Assembly: GCA_964586065.1 (NCBI GenBank)
Contig: CAZPFW010000002.1
Coordinates: 1 to 53,727 of the forward strand
From: an uncultured Candidatus Saccharibacteria bacterium
GTDB taxonomy: Bacteria > Patescibacteriota > Minisyncoccia > Minisyncoccales > CSSED10-335
Direction of reading: 5' to 3'
DNA: 53,727 bases
Shown: piece by piece, positions 9,824-19,703 of the stretch
How the letters are laid out: every line of letters begins with the position of its first letter
Numbering within the stretch: position 1 is the stretch's first letter
The notes under the pieces: generated by a model
The model's database searches: none
What the model was told of the DNA's origin: nothing
Seen by the model: the letters and a program-made list of their open reading frames with translations, nothing else
Made by a program: the position numbers and the translations under genes

Positions 9824-11398
9824 TTATTTTAAAAGTGATTTAACCCGATTATACAGCAATTTAAGATTAGCGTAAACCCCTTTGAGAATTAGACTCTTGC
9901 CGCTCATCTCTTTCGGTTTTCTAACCCCCAAAATATCCAAAATTGTCGGAGCGATGTCTCTTAAACCGCCCCCATCTCTTAATGAAACAGCTCTGCCAGA
10001 GACGAAAATAAAGGGAACTTTGTTGGTGGTGTGGCTCGTTATCTTTCCGCCGCTTTGATCTTCAGCATTTCCGTGATCGGCCGTCACAATTATCTCATAT
10101 TGATGAGAAATCCCCGCCTCCACTATAGATCCGCAAACTTGATCGACAACTTCGACCGCGACCTTGGTCTTGTCTCTGTCTCCGGTATGACCAACCATAT
10201 CAACATTAACCAGATTAACCACGATTAAGTCATATTTTGACGAAGCTATCCCTGATATGACTTCCTCCCCCACCTGATAAGCACTCATCTCCGGCTTCTT
10301 GTCATAAGTCAAAACATCCTTTGGCGACGGAACAAGTATTCGTTCTTCATTTGAGAAAGGAGTCTCTTTTTGTCCGTTAAAAAAGAATGTAACATGAGCA
10401 TATTTTTCCGTCTCGCTTACTCTTAATTGATTCATTCCCTCTTTTTCAAGAACTTCCCCCAATGTGTTGTTGATATCAGTCTCATTAAAAGCGATTTCGG
10501 CATTCATCGATTTGTAATAATCGGTCATCGCCACAAAAAAGACTCCCGGCGCCTCTCTTTTCCAATGATTAAATTCAGGTTCAACTATCGCTTGAGTTAA
10601 TTGTCGAGGACGATCGGTTCTCAAATTATAAAAGATGACCGAATCTTTTTGACTCATTCCCTTGTAATCTTTATTGCAGGTAGGAACAATAAATTCGTCC
10701 GTCTCGTTGATGCTGTATCTGCTTTTCAAGAAAAGAATCGGGTCATCAAATTTATCATCAGATATTCCATCAACAATCGCGTCATAAGCTTTTTTAGTTC
10801 GATCCCATCTTCTATCTCTGTCCATCGCATAATATCTTCCAGATATCGTGGCTATCCGTCCAAATCCGACTTTCTTTATTTCTAAAACCAATTCATTGAG
10901 ATACTCTAATGATCTTGTCGGAAAAGCGTCTCTTCCATCGGTTACCACATGATGAAAAACTCTATCAAACTTCTCCCTTTGACAAAGATCTATGAGAGCC
11001 AAGAGATGATCCATATGAGAGTGAACTCCTTCTTTTTGAAGAAGTCCCATAATATGAAGACACCCGTTATTCTCTTTGGCTCTCTTTATGGCCGAAAGAA
11101 ATTCTTTATTGTTAAAAAATTCTCCGCTGTCAATTGATTTGTTTATTTTAACCAAACTTTGGTCTATTATCCTTCCGGATCCGATTGTAATATGACCAAC
11201 TTCAGAGTTTCCTTGATAACCGGGAGGCAACCCAACCGCTTCGGCTGAAGCTTTGATAAGAGTCCAAGGATAATTCTCTCTCAATGCGTCGTCAATTGGT
11301 GTATCAGCCTTCTTTATAGTATTGTCAATCTTGCTCTCCCTATATCCCCAGCCGTCTCTTATAATGAGAATGACTTTTCTTTTTTTTGTAAAACTCAT
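9824..11398 (-). CDS. gpmI: 2,3-bisphosphoglycerate-independent phosphoglycerate mutase
   Basis: IRDGWG, GNSEVGH, SETEKYAHVTFFFNG, DMVGHTG, ADHGNAE. Confidence 0.96.
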   Translation of the reverse strand: MSFTKKRKVILIIRDGWGYRESKIDNTIKKADTPIDDALRENYPWTLIKASAEAVGLPPGYQGNSEVGHITIGSGRIIDQSLVKINKSIDSGEFFNNKEFLSAIKRAKENNGCLHIMGLLQKEGVHSHMDHLLALIDLCQREKFDRVFHHVVTDGRDAFPTRSLEYLNELVLEIKKVGFGRIATISGRYYAMDRDRRWDRTKKAYDAIVDGISDDKFDDPILFLKSRYSINETDEFIVPTCNKDYKGMSQKDSVIFYNLRTDRPRQLTQAIVEPEFNHWKREAPGVFFVAMTDYYKSMNAEIAFNETDINNTLGEVLEKEGMNQLRVSETEKYAHVTFFFNGQKETPFSNEERILVPSPKDVLTYDKKPEMSAYQVGEEVISGIASSKYDLIVVNLVNVDMVGHTGDRDKTKVAVEVVDQVCGSIVEAGISHQYEIIVTADHGNAEDQSGGKITSHTTNKVPFIFVSGRAVSLRDGGGLRDIAPTILDILGVRKPKEMSGKSLILKGVYANLKLLYNRVKSLLK

Positions 11399-12609
11399 TC
11401 TTCTTGAACTCTTAATTCTTCTTCTATTTTGAGCAGACGATTATACTTGGAGACTCGCTCTCCTCTCGCCGGAGCTCCTGCTTTTATAAAGTCGGACCCT
11501 ATTCCAACCGAAAAATCAGCAATGAAATCATCCGTTGTTTCTCCTGATCGATGAGAAACCATCACTTTCCAGTTGAATCTTTGAGCTATCTTCGCTGATT
11601 CAATTCCCAAACTCACGGTTCCGATCTGATTTAATTTCAATATCATTCCGTTGCAAGCTCTTCTTTCGGCCGCCAACTTGATCCTCTTTGGATTGGTGGC
11701 CAAAAGATCATCGCCTATTATCAATACTCTGTCTGAAACTTTATCAGTCAACTCTTTCCAAAGATCCCAATCATCTTCAGCAAAAGGATCTTCTATTGAA
11801 ACTATCGGGTATCTGTCCAAAATATTAATGTAGTAATCCAAAAGATCTTTACCCGACAAAGAAGCGAAGCCCGTCTCGTATTTACCTTCTCTTAAAAATT
11901 CTCCGGCAGCCACATCCAATCCGATCGAGACTTTCTCGGGTAAAATATTCAGAGCGTCAACCGGATCTTTTATCGGAGGAGCAAAACCTCCTTCATCGCC
12001 GATATTGGTCGCGGAGAGAGAATATTTCGCTTCTATCTTCTTTTTCAAAAGATGATATTCTTCAGAAGCTTGTCGAAGTTGCTCTTTGAAACTCTCCCTA
12101 TCCGGAGATATCATAAACTCCTGAAAAGATAGATCGTTTCCAGCATGAGCTCCTCCGTTTATAAGATTAAAAAACGGTCTTGGAATCGATATCTCTTGAG
12201 CCGAGAGTCCGGATATGTATCTATAAAGAGGTATTTCGATTGACTTGGCCGCCGCTCTACAGACCGCCATGGAAACAGCCAATGTTGCATTGGCTCCAAG
12301 TTTAGAAAAATTATCAGTTCCGTCCAACCTGATCAAGAGATCGTCTACCTCTCTCTGATTGACAACTCTTTGTCCGATAAGAGCCGGAGATATGATCTCA
12401 TTGACATTAGCGATCGCCTTTAAGACTCCCTTGCCAAAAAACCTGTCTTCATTATCCCTTAACTCCAGAGCCTCGTAAGTACCGACTGAAGCTCCCGAAG
12501 GAACCGATGAAACGACTTCAGCTCTTTCAGTGCTAAGTTCCACCTCAATGGTCGGATTACCTCTTGAGTCGATTATCTCTCTCGCTTTAATACTTCTTAT
12601 TCGGTCCAT
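11395..12609 (-). CDS. eno: Enolase
   Basis: DSRGNPTIEV, VPSGASVG, GDEGGFAP, SHRSGET. Confidence 0.96.
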   Translation of the reverse strand: MDRIRSIKAREIIDSRGNPTIEVELSTERAEVVSSVPSGASVGTYEALELRDNEDRFFGKGVLKAIANVNEIISPALIGQRVVNQREVDDLLIRLDGTDNFSKLGANATLAVSMAVCRAAAKSIEIPLYRYISGLSAQEISIPRPFFNLINGGAHAGNDLSFQEFMISPDRESFKEQLRQASEEYHLLKKKIEAKYSLSATNIGDEGGFAPPIKDPVDALNILPEKVSIGLDVAAGEFLREGKYETGFASLSGKDLLDYYINILDRYPIVSIEDPFAEDDWDLWKELTDKVSDRVLIIGDDLLATNPKRIKLAAERRACNGMILKLNQIGTVSLGIESAKIAQRFNWKVMVSHRSGETTDDFIADFSVGIGSDFIKAGAPARGERVSKYNRLLKIEEELRVQEE

Positions 12610-13523
12610 TCAGCTTTTTTAATATAATCATAAGCAGAAAGCGCCGCTTTCGATCCTTCTCCGGCCGCAACAACTATCTGTTTATGATCAACATCCGTAA
12701 CATCTCCTGCGGCAAAAAGTCCCGGTGTCTTGGTTGAACAATCTTTGTGATTGATGATAATCTCCCCATTCTCATTGCAATCCGCAAGATCATTAATAAA
12801 GTCCGTCACCGGGTTTGACCCGATCTCAACAAAGACTCCCTCCACTTCAAGTCTCTTATCCTCTTTAGTCTTTAAATCTCTGTAAGTTATTGCGTTGACA
12901 AAATTATCTCCTTCTATCTTTAAAACCATCGCTTCCGTTAAAATCTTGATGTTGTCTTGTTTGGCGGCTCTCTCTTGAAGAATCTCGTCCGCCAATACTT
13001 TAGGGATCATCTCAAGCAGATAAATCTTGGGAGAGTTTCTTTCCGCCATCTCTATGGCAGTTTCGAATCCAGAATTGCCACCACCGATTACCGCAACGCT
13101 CTTTCCTGTAAAAAGAGGAGCGTCGCAAGTGGCACAATATGAAACTCCTTTACCGATATATTGTTCAATCCCTTCGGCTTTTAAGGGTCTTGGATTTCTG
13201 CCGGAAGCTATTATAACCGATTTTGCCTTCAACAGATCGTTATTAGTTTTTACCTCAAATCCTAAATCACTCTTTGTTATCTCTGTCACCGCATCTCCTT
13301 CCTTTATCTCTATCTTAAAAGATCTAAGATGATCTTTAAAGAGAGTGACCAAATCCGGCCCCATTACCTCAATGGCACCGGGCCAATTCTCAATTACTCC
13401 GGCTCTTCCAGTCTGACCCGTGAAGTTTCTAGTGATAAGGATCGTTTTAAGATTCTTTCGAGCGGCATAAATCCCGGCGGTTATTCCTGCAGGACCTCCT
13501 CCGACTATTATTAAATCGTACAT
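12597..13523 (-). CDS. trxB: Thioredoxin reductase (start re-assigned to ATG 13523, MYDLII)
   Basis: GGGPAG, CATC, GGGNSG, FAAGD motifs. Confidence 0.9.
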   Translation of the reverse strand: MYDLIIVGGGPAGITAGIYAARKNLKTILITRNFTGQTGRAGVIENWPGAIEVMGPDLVTLFKDHLRSFKIEIKEGDAVTEITKSDLGFEVKTNNDLLKAKSVIIASGRNPRPLKAEGIEQYIGKGVSYCATCDAPLFTGKSVAVIGGGNSGFETAIEMAERNSPKIYLLEMIPKVLADEILQERAAKQDNIKILTEAMVLKIEGDNFVNAITYRDLKTKEDKRLEVEGVFVEIGSNPVTDFINDLADCNENGEIIINHKDCSTKTPGLFAAGDVTDVDHKQIVVAAGEGSKAALSAYDYIKKAEWTE

Positions 13524-13530
13524 ATTCTTG

Positions 13531-14295
13531 CTATGCGGCAAGCCAACCGCCATCAACATTAATTAATGACCCGGTCATATAAGATGACGCGTCCGACGCT
13601 AAGAAAAGAACCACTGAAGAGATCTCCTCGGGTCTGCCCTTTCTCTTTATCAAGAGTCTCGAATAAACCCCTTTACTTTCTTCTTTGTTTGAATCGCCTG
13701 ACCCAGTTATATCGGTATCAATCATTCCCGGAGCAATGGCGTTAACTCTAATGTTGTATTGTGCAAGATCCACAGCCAACGCTTTGGTCATTCCCGAAAT
13801 TCCGCCTTTGCTTGAAGTATAATGAACCAATTTCGGAAATCCGATACCGAGTTGACCCATGGATATGGATCCGATATTTATTATAGCTCCCGATTTGTTT
13901 TGGGCCATTACCTTGGCCGCCGCCTGCGCACAGAGAAAATAACCTTTTAAGTTTATGTCTATCACTCTGTCCCAATCGGCCTCACTCATTGAGAGGAAGT
14001 CTCTGAATTCAGCAATCCCCGCATTGTTAACTAATATATCCACTCCGCCAAAAGCATTCAACGTTTTTTCAACTAACTCCGTTGCTTGATCTTTTGAAGA
14101 GACATCGCACTTTACTTCAATCGCCTCTCCTCCATTATTTTTAATCTCATCCACCACACTGCTTGAGTCGGATATATCGGAAACAACTACTTTTGCTCCG
14201 GCTTTTGCCAAAAGTATGGCATGAGTTCTTCCCATCCCTCGAGCCGCTCCAGTTACTATCGCAACCTTATCGTCTAATCTAAATAGATTATTCAT
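13531..14295 (-). CDS. Short-chain dehydrogenase/reductase (FabG-like)
   Basis: TGAARGMG, NNAG, YTSSK. Confidence 0.9.
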   Translation of the reverse strand: MNNLFRLDDKVAIVTGAARGMGRTHAILLAKAGAKVVVSDISDSSSVVDEIKNNGGEAIEVKCDVSSKDQATELVEKTLNAFGGVDILVNNAGIAEFRDFLSMSEADWDRVIDINLKGYFLCAQAAAKVMAQNKSGAIINIGSISMGQLGIGFPKLVHYTSSKGGISGMTKALAVDLAQYNIRVNAIAPGMIDTDITGSGDSNKEESKGVYSRLLIKRKGRPEEISSVVLFLASDASSYMTGSLINVDGGWLAA

Positions 14296-15172
14296 TTTCT
14301 TTAAAGTTATTTTTAATTACATTTGGTATAAAGTCTATAAGATCAAGAGCTGTCAAAGATTCACCGAATTTTTGGGCAGCCAATCGCCCGGCCATCACAT
14401 TGATGTAAGCTGCGGCCGATGCGGCTTTAACGGCAGGAGTCTTTCTCGAAGCTATTGCTCCGACGATGCCAGCCAACGTATCACCGCATCCTCCGACGGT
14501 AAGATATGGAGACCCTATCTCATTTATTGCAACTTCCGATCCGTCAGAAATTATATCAACGCTCCCTTTAAGAAGAATTGTTGCACCTAAATCTCGAGCT
14601 TCTTCTTTAACTGTCTCTATCTTTTCCTCCAAAGGTAACTCATAAATATCCTTACCGGTAAGTCGATAGAATTCATTATAATGAGGTGTTATGATACATT
14701 CTTTCCCTTCTAAAACTTTGGGATCCGATTTTATCGCCGCTATTGCATCGGCATCAATGATCGTTGTGACTGAAATTTTTGAAAGATATTCAAGAACCGT
14801 GTCTTGAGTATCTTTTGACAATCCGATCCCGCCTCCCAAAACCACTGCGATATTATCACGTGCGGCAACTTTGGCCGCTTCGGTCATAGAAACAAGGATC
14901 GGAATATCTTTTTGAGTCAGATAATTCCCTTTAAGCGGGTAAGCCGCCATATCAGGCGTGAAAGAAGCGATGATATCAGCTGCTCTCTTGGGAGCTATGA
15001 TCCTTACCATGTCAGCTCCCGATCTGAAGGCGGCCATTGCAGACAATGCCGGAGATCCCGAATAGAAGTTGGAACCACCGATTATTATGACCATTCCGAA
15101 ATCATACTTTCTACTCTCAATATCCCGCTCTTTATAAACTTCGGATAATATGGAAGCGTCGATCGTCTTCAT
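14288..15172 (-). CDS. nnrD: ADP-dependent NAD(P)H-hydrate dehydratase
   Basis: GGSNFYSGSP, IDADA, TPHYNEF, LLKG, GGCGDTLAG. Confidence 0.9.
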   Translation of the reverse strand: MKTIDASILSEVYKERDIESRKYDFGMVIIIGGSNFYSGSPALSAMAAFRSGADMVRIIAPKRAADIIASFTPDMAAYPLKGNYLTQKDIPILVSMTEAAKVAARDNIAVVLGGGIGLSKDTQDTVLEYLSKISVTTIIDADAIAAIKSDPKVLEGKECIITPHYNEFYRLTGKDIYELPLEEKIETVKEEARDLGATILLKGSVDIISDGSEVAINEIGSPYLTVGGCGDTLAGIVGAIASRKTPAVKAASAAAYINVMAGRLAAQKFGESLTALDLIDFIPNVIKNNFKENE

Positions 15173-16041
15173 AAAATATCTTTTAAATATTTTTTAAGTA
15201 ACGGTCCGAATTCCGGATGTTTCAACGAGAGAAAGAGATGTGACTTCAGCCAATTGGCTTTGTTTCCGCACTCAAGCCAATCACCTTCAAACTCATAACC
15301 GTAAACCGTCTTTCCATCGGATATCATTCTTTCAAAAGCATCTGCCAAGATCATCTCCTTACCCTTGCTCGGTCTGCCTCCTTTCTTGAGATAATCAAAA
15401 ACCTGCGAAGTGATGAGATATTTTCCAACGATAGCGAAATCTGAAGGAGCATCTTCTAAAGAAGGCTTCTCTATAATCTTTTTAATCTTATAAAATCTAT
15501 TGGCAATCTTCTCGACTTCAAGAATTCCGTAAGACGGAATCATCTCTTTAGGAACTCTTCTTATTGCGATAACTGGTTTTTGACACGTTTTATAGACATC
15601 GGCCAATTGTGCCAAGCAAGGCTTTTTTGAATAAGTGACATCGTCTCCAAAGAGAATTCCGCAAGGTTCTCCCGCCACCTCTTTTTCCGCTTGAAGAATG
15701 GCGTGTCCATCTCCCAATGGATTCTTTTGAGTAACATAAGAGAATTTTATACCTTCAAATCTTTTTTTGAAATCATCAAGTTCTTTAATCAGTGATGTTC
15801 TGTTTCTCTCTTTTAAAATTTCATTGACTTTTGGTGATTCACCGAAATAATCAACGATCATCTTCTTTTCCGGAGAGATAACAAATATTATCTCTTCGGC
15901 TCCCGAATCTACTGCTTCTTCAACAATATATTGAATTACCGGAAGGTCCGCCAAGGGCCAAAACTCTTTAGGTAATTCTTTAGACAAGGGCAGGAATCTC
16001 GTTCCAAGCCCCGCTATTGGTAATACAACTTTTTTTATCAT
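15169..16041 (-). CDS. galU: UTP-glucose-1-phosphate uridylyltransferase
   Basis: PIAGLGTRFLP, PKE, QKNPLGDGHAI. Confidence 0.9.
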   Translation of the reverse strand: MIKKVVLPIAGLGTRFLPLSKELPKEFWPLADLPVIQYIVEEAVDSGAEEIIFVISPEKKMIVDYFGESPKVNEILKERNRTSLIKELDDFKKRFEGIKFSYVTQKNPLGDGHAILQAEKEVAGEPCGILFGDDVTYSKKPCLAQLADVYKTCQKPVIAIRRVPKEMIPSYGILEVEKIANRFYKIKKIIEKPSLEDAPSDFAIVGKYLITSQVFDYLKKGGRPSKGKEMILADAFERMISDGKTVYGYEFEGDWLECGNKANWLKSHLFLSLKHPEFGPLLKKYLKDIL

Positions 16042-16042
16042 C

Positions 16043-17320
16043 TTAATTGTTATTTATACTTCTTCTGAGGAAGGCAGGTGTTTCCCATTTGTCTTCATTC
16101 TCCATTATCTCTTTTTCAACCTCCTCAATAGCTTTCTTAACCTCAAGTGCGTTTCTTCTAATCTTAATATCGACTTTTTCCTGTTGTTTCTCTTTCTTCA
16201 TCGGTTTGACTCTTTTTTTCACAACCCTTTCCGTTTTTTTAACGGGCGACTTGATCGTCTCCTTCTCTTTCATTGTTTTCTTTTCTTTGGGAAAAAGTTC
16301 TTCGGACTGACAACCGACGGCCAACAGAGTGATTCTTATCTTGTTACCGATCTTTGCGTCTTGAGATATGCCAAATATTATCTTGGAATTCTTACCGGCC
16401 AAATTGGTAATCCCTTCCGATATGAAAGATACGTCTTTGAGCCCGAGATTACCGCTCCCCGTTATATTGGAGAGAACACTGTTGGCTCCCTCTATTCCAT
16501 AAGAGTAAAAAAGACTGTGAGTTACTTTCTTTATCGCATCGTCTATCTCTTTAGTTGCGTCAAACTCCGCCGTATTAAGATAAGCAAGCCTACCTCTTCC
16601 GTCAAGAATGGTCTTAAGGTCGGCAAAATCAATGTTGATCAATCCGGATCCGTATATCGTCTCTATTAAACCTTCCAAACTTTTTGATAGATTTCTGTTA
16701 ATAATAGAAAGCGCCTCTTTAAGAGGAGTTTTCTTGTCTATCACTTTAAATATGTTCTCGTTTGGAAGAACTGAAATTGCGTTAAGATTGTTTTTAGCCT
16801 CGGCGAGAGCCTCCAGTGCTATTTCATTCTTTTTAACTCCTTCAAATTTGAAAGGCAGAGTAAATATCCCGTAAGCTATCACTCCCATCTCTTTTGCAAT
16901 CTTGGCAAAAACCGGAACTGCTCCCGCACCGGTTCCACCTCCGAGACAAGAAACAAATATACACATATCTTGCCCTTCCATCATTTTTTTTATCTTCTCT
17001 TTTTCAATATTAGCGGCCTCTCTTCCCAACTCACTGTTCATTCCGGTTCCAAAACCACCGGTCACTTTCTCACCAAATTGAAAAGGCCTAACTTTACCTC
17101 TAATCTCTTTAAGGGCCCTCTTATCGGTATTGGCTGCCACAAAACTGACTCTTTTAATATTGGTTGAGATCTCTTTAACTATTGAGCAACCCCCACCACC
17201 GATCCCGATTATCCTAATCTTAGTGTTTGAGGTTGATCTGTCGAGAGGTGAAAAATTAGAATTCAAATCTTTTTCCTTTTGCTTAACCGAGCTCTTTTTA
17301 CTTCTTTTTTTGGTGGGCAT
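16043..17320 (-). CDS. ftsZ: Cell division protein FtsZ
   Basis: GGGTGAG tubulin-like motif, PFKFEG, INIDFAD T7 loop, C-terminal PAFLRR. Confidence 0.92.
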   Translation of the reverse strand: MPTKKRSKKSSVKQKEKDLNSNFSPLDRSTSNTKIRIIGIGGGGCSIVKEISTNIKRVSFVAANTDKRALKEIRGKVRPFQFGEKVTGGFGTGMNSELGREAANIEKEKIKKMMEGQDMCIFVSCLGGGTGAGAVPVFAKIAKEMGVIAYGIFTLPFKFEGVKKNEIALEALAEAKNNLNAISVLPNENIFKVIDKKTPLKEALSIINRNLSKSLEGLIETIYGSGLINIDFADLKTILDGRGRLAYLNTAEFDATKEIDDAIKKVTHSLFYSYGIEGANSVLSNITGSGNLGLKDVSFISEGITNLAGKNSKIIFGISQDAKIGNKIRITLLAVGCQSEELFPKEKKTMKEKETIKSPVKKTERVVKKRVKPMKKEKQQEKVDIKIRRNALEVKKAIEEVEKEIMENEDKWETPAFLRRSINNN

Positions 17321-17348
17321 ATTTTTTTCTTAATCCATTTATTTCTCC

Positions 17349-17377
17349 ATTTTATAACAAGACATTGTTAAATGCAA
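17349..17377 (-). promoter_or_regulatory. Sigma70-type promoter for the ftsZ operon
   Basis: TTGCAT-17 nt-TAAAAT on the minus strand, about 28 nt upstream of ftsZ. Confidence 0.55.
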
Positions 17378-17401
17378 ACCAACCGATAATTCATATTACA
17401 T

Positions 17402-17430
17402 AAAAAAAGCCTTGAAATTAATCAAGGCTT
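17402..17430 (-). terminator. Rho-independent terminator
   Basis: AAGCCTTGA/TCAAGGCTT 9-bp stem, 6-nt loop, followed by a U-run. Confidence 0.8.
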
Positions 17431-17484
17431 GATACAAGACGAACGTCTTTCAAGATTAAACGGAACGAAAGCTTTCAACTGCTT

Positions 17485-17562
17485 TTAACACAGCACAGCG
17501 CAGAGTCTATTCACTATCTGCCAGCCATCTTTTTCAAGAATCTCAAACTTTACTTCCTTCAT
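17485..17562 (-). CDS. Unannotated 25-aa small ORF MKEVKFEILEKDGWQIVNRLCAVLC
   Basis: SD AAAGGAGGTG (17571-17580) 8 nt before the ATG; terminator downstream. Confidence 0.55.
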   Translation of the reverse strand: MKEVKFEILEKDGWQIVNRLCAVLC

Positions 17563-17657
17563 CCAAACGACACCTCCTTTTGTTTTAGTCAAAGAACAGA
17601 TGAGACGAATCTTTAAGCCCGCTCCCGATTAAGATATTGACTCGGCTGGCTCAAAAG

Positions 17658-18791
17658 TCAGTCTTGTTTAAAATACTTTCTGTTCTTTATCTTGTCAGGA
17701 AGAAGACTGTCTTTGGTATAAGGGTCATAGCCTTCGCCATAACCTGCTTCTCGAGAAGCTCTTCCCGTAGGATTCAATATCTGCGGGGGAATCGGAAGAT
17801 CCCCATATCTTTTAATGTCAGAGATTGCTTCTTTATAGGCGATGTAAGAACTTCTGTCTTTCTTGCAAAGAGAAAGATAAACTGTTCCGTGAGCCAGATT
17901 AATCGACGCCTCGGGAAGTCCGACGCTTTCAACGGCTCTAAAAACTTCATTGGCTACAACCAAAGCGGTGGGTTGAGCCATGCCAATGTCTTCGGAGGCA
18001 AAGACTATCATACGTCGCGCAATCAGTTTCGGATCTTCTCCCGATTCTATCATCCTCGCCAAATAATGAAGAGCCGCATCCGGTTGACTTGCTCTCATGC
18101 TCTTGATAAACGCTGATATCGTATTGTAATAGCCCTCTTTTCTTTTACCGTAAGCCATTGAGCCCGCTTGCATCGCTTCCTTTAGTGTGGTGATAGAAAC
18201 TTTATTGTAAAGTTGATAAGCATTCTCAATCAGACCAAGAGCCCGACGAGCGTCTCCTTTCGAAGCCTCTGCAAGCCATTCTTTCGCATCTTCTTCAACT
18301 TCAATCTCCAAGCGATCAATTATCTTTATCAATTCTTCTTCAGATAATGGTTTCAGTAAAAATATCAAACAACGTGAAAGAAGAGCCGGTATAACTTCAA
18401 ATGAGGGATTCTCCGTAGTTGACCCCACCAAGAATATCTCACCGGATTCTATGAAGGGTAATAAAAAGTCTTGTTGAGCTTTGTTAAATCGATGGATTTC
18501 ATCCAAAAATAGAATCTTTGGATCACCCTTCGAATCCTCTCTTATTATCTCTTGGACCTCTTTCTTACTCGCGGAAACGGCGGATAGTTCATATACCAAA
18601 GCATCGGAGTTTTTTAAATATATTTTGGCTAATGTTGTCTTTCCCGATCCGGGAGGTCCCCAAAGAATAAATGATGTCGCTCTCCCCTTCTCTATAATCA
18701 GCCTCAACGGTTTTCCCTCTCCGACTAAGTGTTCTTGTCCTACAAAGTCATTGAGATCTTCTGGCCTTATCTTAAAAGCAAGTGGTTTCAT
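17658..18791 (-). CDS. rarA: Replication-associated recombination protein A (RarA/MgsA AAA+ ATPase)
   Basis: GPPGSGKTT, LDEIHRFNKAQQD, TTENPSF, SEDIG. Confidence 0.95.
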   Translation of the reverse strand: MKPLAFKIRPEDLNDFVGQEHLVGEGKPLRLIIEKGRATSFILWGPPGSGKTTLAKIYLKNSDALVYELSAVSASKKEVQEIIREDSKGDPKILFLDEIHRFNKAQQDFLLPFIESGEIFLVGSTTENPSFEVIPALLSRCLIFLLKPLSEEELIKIIDRLEIEVEEDAKEWLAEASKGDARRALGLIENAYQLYNKVSITTLKEAMQAGSMAYGKRKEGYYNTISAFIKSMRASQPDAALHYLARMIESGEDPKLIARRMIVFASEDIGMAQPTALVVANEVFRAVESVGLPEASINLAHGTVYLSLCKKDRSSYIAYKEAISDIKRYGDLPIPPQILNPTGRASREAGYGEGYDPYTKDSLLPDKIKNRKYFKQD

Positions 18792-18802
18792 CTTTTTAAA
18801 GA

Positions 18803-19609
18803 TTAAATGTCTTCTACTAAATAATTTCCTTTTGTTTGAGCGTAGAGGGTTTGTACTTCATAGGCTGTTAGGGCTCTCGAATAGATGCGGACGTCGTCGA
18901 TGAGGCCGTTGAAATTACTACCGATGTAAACAATCCCATTCATCTCAATCGTTTTGTTTATTGAAAAGTCTGTTTTGCTTTGATCAATTTTTCCGTCAAC
19001 ATAAATATCCACTGTTCCGCCACTGTCCCAAGTAAACATTACATAGTGCCACCTATTATCATTAATCGCAGTTATTCCCGTTAAAGATCCTTCGTGATCG
19101 TCCCATAAATAAACTCTGATTCTTCCGGCGTTTGATTCAACGTTCTCCATGATTGCAAACAAGAATCCCGGATACCATCTTCTTACTATTGAATCATACC
19201 GATTACCTTCACCAGTTCCCAATGTTTTAATCCAAGCTCCAACCGTCATACCCTGGGTTGTGTGTGAAAAATTGTTTATCTTTACATTGTTGCTCCCGTC
19301 AAAAGAGAGTGAATATCCATTACTTGAAGGACTATCGCCTACGTAATGGGATCCACTCAATGTCCCGTCATTGCCGTATCCGGAAGAGTCTTTAGCTACA
19401 CTTCCCGTTCCTTCATCAAAGTTCCACCAACCTACTAAGTCAGCTCCCAAGAGATTGTGCATGTTTGATTGAAAGGAGAGAGCGTTGGATATCTTGGCTT
19501 GTTCTCTGGCTCCTGTCAGATTGGAGAAGACTATGCTGGCTAAAAGGGCTAAGACTGCTACTACTACAAGTAGTTCTACAAGGGTGAAGGCTTTGTCTTT
19601 CTTTATCAT
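18803..19609 (-). CDS. Pilin-like + LamG protein, copy 2 (last of the tandem array)
   Basis: KA|FTLVELLVV; LamG motifs. Confidence 0.9.
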   Translation of the reverse strand: MIKKDKAFTLVELLVVVAVLALLASIVFSNLTGAREQAKISNALSFQSNMHNLLGADLVGWWNFDEGTGSVAKDSSGYGNDGTLSGSHYVGDSPSSNGYSLSFDGSNNVKINNFSHTTQGMTVGAWIKTLGTGEGNRYDSIVRRWYPGFLFAIMENVESNAGRIRVYLWDDHEGSLTGITAINDNRWHYVMFTWDSGGTVDIYVDGKIDQSKTDFSINKTIEMNGIVYIGSNFNGLIDDVRIYSRALTAYEVQTLYAQTKGNYLVEDI

Positions 19610-19703
19610 TGTTCTTCTGCTAAGTAGTTGTCTTTTGTTTGAGCGTAGAGGGTTTGTACTTCATAGGCTGTTAGGGCTCTCGAATAGATGCGGACGTCGT
19701 CGA
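19413..19703. repeat. Array junction repeat 1 (3' end of one gene fused to the 5' end of the next)
   Basis: 291 bp with 1 mismatch versus 21046-21336; 19503-19703 identical to 20315-20515. Confidence 0.97.

Noticed and set aside
17637-18116. 159-aa ORF overlapping rarA, and the other nested or antisense ORFs in the track
   Set aside because: They overlap well-supported genes, lack recognisable motifs and have no SD; treated as spurious.
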